A stretch of DNA of 64,000 nucleotides, from NCBI GenBank assembly GCA_029289095.1, contig JARFUG010000003.1, positions 25,479 through 89,478 on the forward strand. Direction: 5' to 3'. This document shows, piece by piece, positions 8,012 to 14,037 of the stretch (positions are counted from its first letter, which is position 1; each line of letters opens with the position of its first letter). The notes beneath the pieces are model-generated. The model had not been told where the DNA came from and ran no database searches. It was given only the letters and a program-made list of their open reading frames with translations. The stretch is from Desulfuromonadales bacterium (GTDB taxonomy: Bacteria; Desulfobacterota; Desulfuromonadia; Desulfuromonadales; JACZKF01). The position numbers and the translations under genes are program-made.

Positions 8012-9406
8012 TCAGCACAGTTCGTGCCGCTTCATCCAACGCCACAAGGTTGTACGGTCTACACCGAGAATTCCCGCCACCTCAGTACGGTTTCCTCCGT
8101 GCCGATGGAGCAGTTCGTTGAGGTCCTGGGCAGAAACCGTTTTTCGCCTCGACCGTGAAAGGACGGGAGTTGGAACGCTCTTTGGCGACAACGTGGTGGG
8201 CAGATGCTCGATGTCAATTTCAGCGCCGCGACATAGAATGACCGTCTGCTCGATGATATTCAGCAGCTCCCGAACGTTTCCCGGGTATTCGTAATCGAGA
8301 AGGATCTGGAGCGCCTGAGCGGAGAGACCCCTGATATTTTTACCGTAGGCGCGGTTCAACCGATCGAGAAAGACCTCGATGAGCAGGGGGATGTCTTCCG
8401 GCCTCTGACGCAGGGGGGGGATCTGAAGAGCGACTACATTGATCCTGAAAAAAAGATCACGGCGGAAGGTTCCCGCATTCACCTTGGCCCTAAGGTCACA
8501 GTTGGTCGCAGCGACAAAGCGGACATTGGCCTTTTGCACCCTTTCTGCGCCGAGGGGCTGAAATTCCTGGTGCTCAATCACCCGCATCAGCTTGACTTGA
8601 AGGGATAATGGAAGCTCACCGACTTCGTCGAGGAAGAGGGTTCCCCCTTCGGCGAGTTCGATGCGTCCCTGGCGATCGGTCCGATTACCGTAACCTCCCT
8701 TGCGCGAGCCGAAAAATTCGACTTCGAGCAGATGCTCCGGGAGCTCTCCGCAATTCACGACGACCATCGGCCCGGCACTTCGCGAACTGAGCTCGTGAAT
8801 CGCCTTGACGATGAGCTCCTTGCCGGTGCCGCTCTCGCCGGAGACCAGAACCGTGGCATCGCTGCGAGCAACATCTGGCAGAGCGTCGAAGAGCCGATGC
8901 ATGGCGGGATTGCGGCTGACGAGATTTCGGAAGGTGTACTTCTCGGCGACCCGCACGGAGGCGGAGCACAGTTCGGAGCGATCACGGAACGCCTCGACGC
9001 CGCCGATGGGATGTCCTTGCAGGTCGCGCAGGACGGAAGCGCTCACCGAAACCGGTACTTTGCGGTTCTCCTTGTTGCGGATTTCGAACTCGCGGTTAAC
9101 GACCCCGATGTTTGTTTTTCTGGCTTCTCGCACTGGGCAGCTCTCTGAGCAGATATTGGAGCGGAAAATTTCATAACACGGCTTTCCGACCACCTCCGCC
9201 CTGGTAAATCCGGTGATCTCTTCGGCAGCGCGGTTGAACGACGTGATGCGCATGCGGTCATCGACGGTGAAAACGCCGTCTGCTACGCAGTTGAGAATGG
9301 CGCCGGTGAGAACGCTGGAGTTGCCGAACAGGTGGACAGCCGGGGCGCTCCTGCGTGAGATCTCCAAATTAGCTGAACTCTGGTACCTGCCTCGCTCGCT
9401 GCTCAT
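8012..9406 (-). CDS. PAS-domain sigma-54-type enhancer-binding protein (AAA+ domain + C-terminal Fis-type HTH) with a non-canonical GAFTGA loop
   Basis: Walker A GESGTGKE, GGTLFLDEVGEL, and the GNVRELLN motif are present. The C-terminal HTH reads RTEVAGILGVDRTTLWRWMKR. The PAS domain carries CYEIFRSNICSESC. The L1 loop reads KGGYGNR instead of KGAFTGA. Confidence 0.85.
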   Translation of the reverse strand: MSSERGRYQSSANLEISRRSAPAVHLFGNSSVLTGAILNCVADGVFTVDDRMRITSFNRAAEEITGFTRAEVVGKPCYEIFRSNICSESCPVREARKTNIGVVNREFEIRNKENRKVPVSVSASVLRDLQGHPIGGVEAFRDRSELCSASVRVAEKYTFRNLVSRNPAMHRLFDALPDVARSDATVLVSGESGTGKELIVKAIHELSSRSAGPMVVVNCGELPEHLLEVEFFGSRKGGYGNRTDRQGRIELAEGGTLFLDEVGELPLSLQVKLMRVIEHQEFQPLGAERVQKANVRFVAATNCDLRAKVNAGTFRRDLFFRINVVALQIPPLRQRPEDIPLLIEVFLDRLNRAYGKNIRGLSAQALQILLDYEYPGNVRELLNIIEQTVILCRGAEIDIEHLPTTLSPKSVPTPVLSRSRRKTVSAQDLNELLHRHGGNRTEVAGILGVDRTTLWRWMKRHELC

Positions 9407-9518
9407 CGGACACCTCTCGTCGGGGACGGACGCTAATGCTCCCCTAGGACACCCTCAACCCGGCACTCTGCACTTTCGCATCGGGGGATTTTTCGACTCC
9501 GATCTTCCTGGGACTGGC

Positions 9519-9665
9519 TCAGCCGACCTTGGCTGCGAAGAAAGCCAGGGCGGGGTAGGAGATCAGCACCGCCGTAACCCCGGACATGACGCCGGCCAGA
9601 ACCAGCACTGCGACCAGGAAACCTGCCTTCATTTTTTCGCGGAAGAAATTGCCGATGGTTTCCAT
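9519..9665 (-). CDS. small hydrophobic peptide, 48 aa, copy 4: METIGNFFREKMKAGFLVAVLVLAGVMSGVTAVLISYPALAFFAAKVG
   Basis: Hand translation; SD GGAGGAGAAT precedes the ATG at 9665. It lies 113 nt upstream of the bEBP gene on the same strand. Confidence 0.7.
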   Translation of the reverse strand: METIGNFFREKMKAGFLVAVLVLAGVMSGVTAVLISYPALAFFAAKVG

Positions 9666-9743
9666 ATTCTCCTCCACCTTCTCTTGCAGTACAGCACGAC
9701 CAATCCACTGATCCAGCCCGCCAGCAACCTTTCTCGTCAGCCC

Positions 9744-9890
9744 TCAGCCGACCCTGGAAGCCAGAAAAGCCAGCGCGGGGTAGGAAATCAGAACAGCCGT
9801 AACCACGGACATGACGCCGGTGACGACCAGCAATGCGACGAGATAGCCCGATTTCGCTTTTTGTCCAATTTTCTCGATGGTTGTTTCCAT
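9744..9890 (-). CDS. small hydrophobic peptide, 48 aa, copy 5: METTIEKIGQKAKSGYLVALLVVTGVMSVVTAVLISYPALAFLASRVG
   Basis: Hand translation; SD AAGGAGGAAAGTC precedes the ATG at 9890. It is the first gene after the second sigma-54 promoter. Confidence 0.7.
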   Translation of the reverse strand: METTIEKIGQKAKSGYLVALLVVTGVMSVVTAVLISYPALAFLASRVG

Positions 9891-9985
9891 GACTTTCCTC
9901 CTTTGACTTGGCGCCTCCGCGCGGGAGGCGTCTTCTTATAATCTTTCGGCCCTCTCAAGAGACCGTGCTTGCTTGCCTAACTTAA

Positions 9986-10003
9986 TAGCAACCGGCGTGC
10001 CAA
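9986..10003 (-). promoter_or_regulatory. sigma-54 (-24/-12) promoter of the two-peptide array (and possibly the downstream bEBP gene)
   Basis: Minus strand reads TTGGCACGCCGGTTGCTA. The downstream leader (aggcaag.aagcacggtc) is also shared with the 4075 promoter. Confidence 0.8.
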
Positions 10004-10072
10004 ATAAATAGTCACGCGCAAACAGCCACTTAGGTGGCTTGTCCGTCCCATGGAGTCGATTCCGGCGAAAAG

Positions 10073-10401
10073 TGTTCAATTCCCGACGGAAAAAAAAGAA
10101 ATCGAACGGCCGGACCTGCGGCAACCTTCCGCCCCGCAGCAGAGGTAAGGACGAACTGTCCGGCCGCGAACGCCCGTTGGTCGTGGCATGCATTGTTTTT
10201 CCCTGCGTGGGTGAAGAGGCGATTGACGTTGCACGGAGTGGATGCGTCCGCCTGAAATGTGTTCAGAATCCGGCAGGGCAAAATGGAGACGATCAACCAG
10301 AAAGATTACTATCTGATTGATTATTGGTTCTTTTCCCTTGTTCAATATCCGACGCATCGCGTTCTGTTTCCCTTCAGGGCAACTGTTGCGAGCGTTGCAA
10401 T
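10073..10401 (-). promoter_or_regulatory. upstream activating region paralogous to 4163-4489
   Basis: 16-mers at 10073-10088, 10260-10275 and 10339-10354; CGTTGCA at 10227 and 10393; GGCAACTGTTGCGAGCGTTGCAAT at 10378-10401. Distances to the -12 element match locus A within 1-2 bp. Confidence 0.55.
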
Positions 10402-10658
10402 CGAGTTACCAGACCTCAGGCTGTTGCACCTCGTCAGGGCATTCTGCAACAGACCAGATATCTGTCGCTGCCGATTCTCTTTGAAATTGCAGCAGTGAAT
10501 TCCACCTACGTCTTCTGTATCCTGATTCCGACTATTCGAGGCGTACACAAAAAGTGAAAAAATTTTTCCTTTTTTCCGGCTACTCCCTTTGGTATCATTA
10601 ATTTCTGTAACTCACTTAAAGCTGGGGCAATTTCACCCCCGTACGCAGGAGAGTTTCA

Positions 10659-11117
10659 ATGGCGGTTTCCAGCAGCGACCCCATCTTTCCCATCAGCGTG
10701 GCTGCAAAACTCCTCGGAGTTCATCCCCGGACGATCCGCATCTACGAAGACGAAGGCCTGATCAAACCTTCACGTCGAGGCCAGAAAAGATACTTTTCCC
10801 AGGACGACATCCAGTGGATTCAATGCATCAGATATCTCATCCATGAAGAGGGAGTCAGCATTCCCGGCATCAAGAAGCTCCTCAAGCTCAGCCCATGCTG
10901 GGAGATCAAGGTCTGTCCGCCAGAGATTCGCGAAAATTGTTCCGCTTATGTCGACAGAAGCGGGTCGTCACAAAAACCGTGCTGGGAAGTCGCGAATCGG
11001 GCCTGCGCCAAAGACTTCGATCAGTGCGCAACTTGCGATGTTTTCGTGCAGGCGATGAAGGAGAGTCAGTCGTTGCAGGAACGGAGAGAAAAAGAGCCGA
11101 AGATTGGCGCAGACTGA
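10659..11117 (+). CDS. MerR-family transcriptional regulator with C-terminal Cys-rich two-CW-type domain
   Basis: N-terminal MerR HTH (ISVAAKLLGVHPRTIRIYEDEGLIKPSRR). The C-terminus carries PCWEIKVC..C..PCWEVANRAC..CATC, i.e. 8 Cys and two CW dyads. Confidence 0.8.
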   Translation: MAVSSSDPIFPISVAAKLLGVHPRTIRIYEDEGLIKPSRRGQKRYFSQDDIQWIQCIRYLIHEEGVSIPGIKKLLKLSPCWEIKVCPPEIRENCSAYVDRSGSSQKPCWEVANRACAKDFDQCATCDVFVQAMKESQSLQERREKEPKIGAD

Positions 11118-11338
11118 AACTTCCGCTTTTCCTGAAAGGTTTCCTCCGCCGCCCTGGGAACTGCCCGGCCGGCCTCTTCTCAGCAGAGCCCGCCTTAAAT
11201 ATCCCCGGAGAATTAACGGGATTGAGCTTCCCTGGTGAAAACGCTTTTCTTATCTAGGTTTGATGTTGTATTTTCTGCGACTTCCGGTGCAACACTGCGG
11301 CCGGTTCCGTTGCACATTTTCAGCATGGAGGTACTCAA

Positions 11339-12802
11339 GTGAAGGAAGTCGCCAATATTATCAATGCATTCTTCAGAGGAATCACTCACAGCAAGGTCTC
11401 TCTGATCGGGGCGATGGTCGTCACAGTCGTCTTCCCCTTTCTCGTCGGCGCGATCATCTATGACATCTATTTTCACATCGAGAACACCTATTTCGCCGGC
11501 TTCATCTACATGCTTCTCGGCCCTGTGTTTCTCGGAGGACTTCTTCTTGTCTTTCTCGGCCTGTTCTTTTTCAAAGGCAAGGAGGAGGTCAGGCTTTTCA
11601 CCCTCGAATATCTCCAGGACTATTTCACCGATCCGACGAAGTTCTCCAGGCTCCGTCGGATCTTGTTCTTCACAGTCTTTCTCACTTGCGTCAACCTATT
11701 CATTTTCGGCGTCCTCGCCTACAGGGGATACCATTACATGGAGTCGACCGGATTTTGCGGCACTTTCTGCCATACGGTGATGAATCCCGAATACACCGCA
11801 TATCAGAATTCTCCGCACTCCAGGGTGACCTGTGTCGAATGCCACATCGGAGGAGGCGCCGAATGGTTCGTCAAGTCGAAGATCTCCGGAGCCCGCCAGC
11901 TTCTCGCCGTGGCCTTCGACACGCACCCGCGCCCCATAGAGACTCCCGTCCATGGTCTGCGTCCCGCCCGGGACACGTGTCAGCAGTGCCACCGTCCGGA
12001 GAAATTCCATGGAAACCGGCTCGTCATCAAGGAGAGATTTCTTCCGGATGAGCACAACACCAAAACCTTTACCGCCCTGCTGATGAAGATCGGTTCGGCA
12101 GGCGACCACACCACGGGATCTCATGGGATTCACTGGCATGTGGCGCCGGAAAACGAAATCACCTACCAGCACGCAGACTACGGCCGCCAAATTATCCCCA
12201 TCGTGACGATGACCGGAGCCAGCGGCGGAGAGCGTATCTTTCTGAGTTCTGACGCCGACGAAGTCATGGCCGAAGCTGCCGCACGCGGAGGCGGCGTTCG
12301 GGTGATGGACTGCATCGACTGCCACAACCGCCCCTCCCACATTTTCCTGTCGCCGGACCAGGCGATCGACCGCAAGATGCTGGAGGGGGAGATCCCCAAA
12401 GAACTTCCCTTCATCAAGCGCCAAGCCCTGGCGGCGGCAACCCAGCTCTACACCTCGAGTCAGCAGGCCCGCACCGCCATCGCCACGCAATTGCACGACT
12501 GGTACCAGACCAACTACCCGGACCTGGTCAAAAAAGGCTTGGTTGAAAAGGCGATCCGCGGGGTTCAGGCCGCCTATGCTGAAAACGTCTTCCCCGAGAT
12601 GAACATTCAGTGGAACACCTACGTCGACCACATCGCCCACACCCCTGATTTCGATCCGATGATCGGCTGCATCCGCTGCCACAACGATGAGCATGAAACC
12701 GTCACGGGGGAAGTCATTTCCATGGACTGCGATTTGTGCCACACGGTATTGGTCGAAAATGTCAAGGAGATGAACATTCCTGAAATGCTTCGTGGCAGGT
12801 AG
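11339..12802 (+). CDS. membrane-anchored multiheme c-type cytochrome, NapC/NirT-related (ImcH-like architecture)
   Basis: GTG start 8 nt after GGAGG. Three N-terminal TM helices. Five CXXCH motifs (CVECH, CQQCH, CIDCH, CIRCH, CDLCH) plus one CX3CH (CGTFCH). Confidence 0.8.
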   Translation: MKEVANIINAFFRGITHSKVSLIGAMVVTVVFPFLVGAIIYDIYFHIENTYFAGFIYMLLGPVFLGGLLLVFLGLFFFKGKEEVRLFTLEYLQDYFTDPTKFSRLRRILFFTVFLTCVNLFIFGVLAYRGYHYMESTGFCGTFCHTVMNPEYTAYQNSPHSRVTCVECHIGGGAEWFVKSKISGARQLLAVAFDTHPRPIETPVHGLRPARDTCQQCHRPEKFHGNRLVIKERFLPDEHNTKTFTALLMKIGSAGDHTTGSHGIHWHVAPENEITYQHADYGRQIIPIVTMTGASGGERIFLSSDADEVMAEAAARGGGVRVMDCIDCHNRPSHIFLSPDQAIDRKMLEGEIPKELPFIKRQALAAATQLYTSSQQARTAIATQLHDWYQTNYPDLVKKGLVEKAIRGVQAAYAENVFPEMNIQWNTYVDHIAHTPDFDPMIGCIRCHNDEHETVTGEVISMDCDLCHTVLVENVKEMNIPEMLRGR

Positions 12803-12897
12803 GATCGTTTTCTCAATGCCTTGCTTGGCAGTTTCTTGCACTTGGACGAGTCTATGGTTTAATAAGACAGTAGATCTTATTCTCCAGGGAGGGAAAA

Positions 12898-13242
12898 ATG
12901 GCCGACAATCACAGAACAACCGCTGGAGCACTCATGCTTTTGGCCGGTGGGATCATCGGAGCCAGCCTCGCCATTCTGTATGCACCGCAATCCGGCGTAA
13001 AAACGCGCCGCCAGATCACGCGTTGCGCCCGACGGGCGCGCACCGATGCCGAGGCGATGATCCACGAGGCCGCAGAGACGGTATCTGAGGCGGTGGAGGA
13101 TCTCGGCGAGAAGACCGCAGACCTCATTGACCGGGGGGGCGATGTGGCCGAAGACTGGCGCAATTACCTTCTCAGCGCCATCGATCGTGGGCAGAAAGAG
13201 TTGGAAAAGCAGCGCAAAAAACTCGATCAGCTCTGGGGCTGA
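12898..13242 (+). CDS. YtxH-domain protein (N-terminal TM helix + helical region)
   Basis: GALMLLAGGIIGASLAILYAPQSG(V)KTR is the YtxH signature. SD GGAGGGAAAA precedes the start. Confidence 0.7.
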   Translation: MADNHRTTAGALMLLAGGIIGASLAILYAPQSGVKTRRQITRCARRARTDAEAMIHEAAETVSEAVEDLGEKTADLIDRGGDVAEDWRNYLLSAIDRGQKELEKQRKKLDQLWG

Positions 13243-13263
13243 TCCCTTTCAGGAACGAACCAT

Positions 13264-13299
13264 GGCCGGCAATCTTTTCGATTGCCGGCCTTTTCTTTT
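13264..13299 (+). terminator. intrinsic terminator
   Basis: ggccggcaat-cttttcg-attgccggcc hairpin followed by ttttctttt. Confidence 0.75.
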
Positions 13300-13320
13300 G
13301 CCATCCTGAGGATGCGGATC

Positions 13321-14037
13321 TCAGGACAAGCGGACACGCGCCAGCACGGGGAGATGGTCCGAGGCGACCATCGTTGCCCTGTTCTTTACGACGCCGATCT
13401 CCAGGAGGTCGTCCATGGGCTGAACCAGAATGCGATCAAGAGAGAGCAAGGGGAAAAAAGCGGGGAAGGTTCTTGGCGCCGGCGTGCGGCCGAAGTGCCT
13501 GTGAAGCCATCGGGCAGGGCGCCCGAGAAGAAACCACTCGTTCAGGTCCCCCAGAACGATGACCGATGATTCGGCCGATGAGAGCTCGACGATCTTCAAA
13601 AGCTTCTGCACCTGGTAGCGCCTCTCGGCGGGCTGGAGCCCGAGGTGCGTGACGATGATCCGGGTCGCCCCCGACGGCGTTTCGAGCTCGACGTCCAGGG
13701 CGCCGCGAGATTCGCGCTGAGGGTATGAAAGATCATGGCGCCGCACGTCTAAAATCCGACAGCGGGTCAGGAGCGCATTTCCGTAATAGCCGTCGTGACG
13801 CTCGATGGTCGGACCCCCGATAGCCCTCAGGCCGGTGGCGCCGCAGAGAAAATCGAGCTGCATGCTCCTTTGGTCTTCGCCGAAAGGCGCATTGACTTCC
13901 TGCAGCCCGATGATATCGACTCTCAGGTCCCTGATGATTCCGGCAATACGCTCCGGATCGAGCTGTCCGTCCATCCCGACGCATTGGTGAATGTTGTAGG
14001 AAGCGACCCGACAACACCCTTTCTCACCTTCCATCAT
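13321..14037 (-). CDS. endonuclease/exonuclease/phosphatase (EEP) family protein
   Basis: VASYNIHQCVG..DIIGLQEV N-terminal motif and C-terminal SDHLPV motif. The start overlaps the stop of the PLD gene by 4 nt. Confidence 0.8.
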   Translation of the reverse strand: MMEGEKGCCRVASYNIHQCVGMDGQLDPERIAGIIRDLRVDIIGLQEVNAPFGEDQRSMQLDFLCGATGLRAIGGPTIERHDGYYGNALLTRCRILDVRRHDLSYPQRESRGALDVELETPSGATRIIVTHLGLQPAERRYQVQKLLKIVELSSAESSVIVLGDLNEWFLLGRPARWLHRHFGRTPAPRTFPAFFPLLSLDRILVQPMDDLLEIGVVKNRATMVASDHLPVLARVRLS

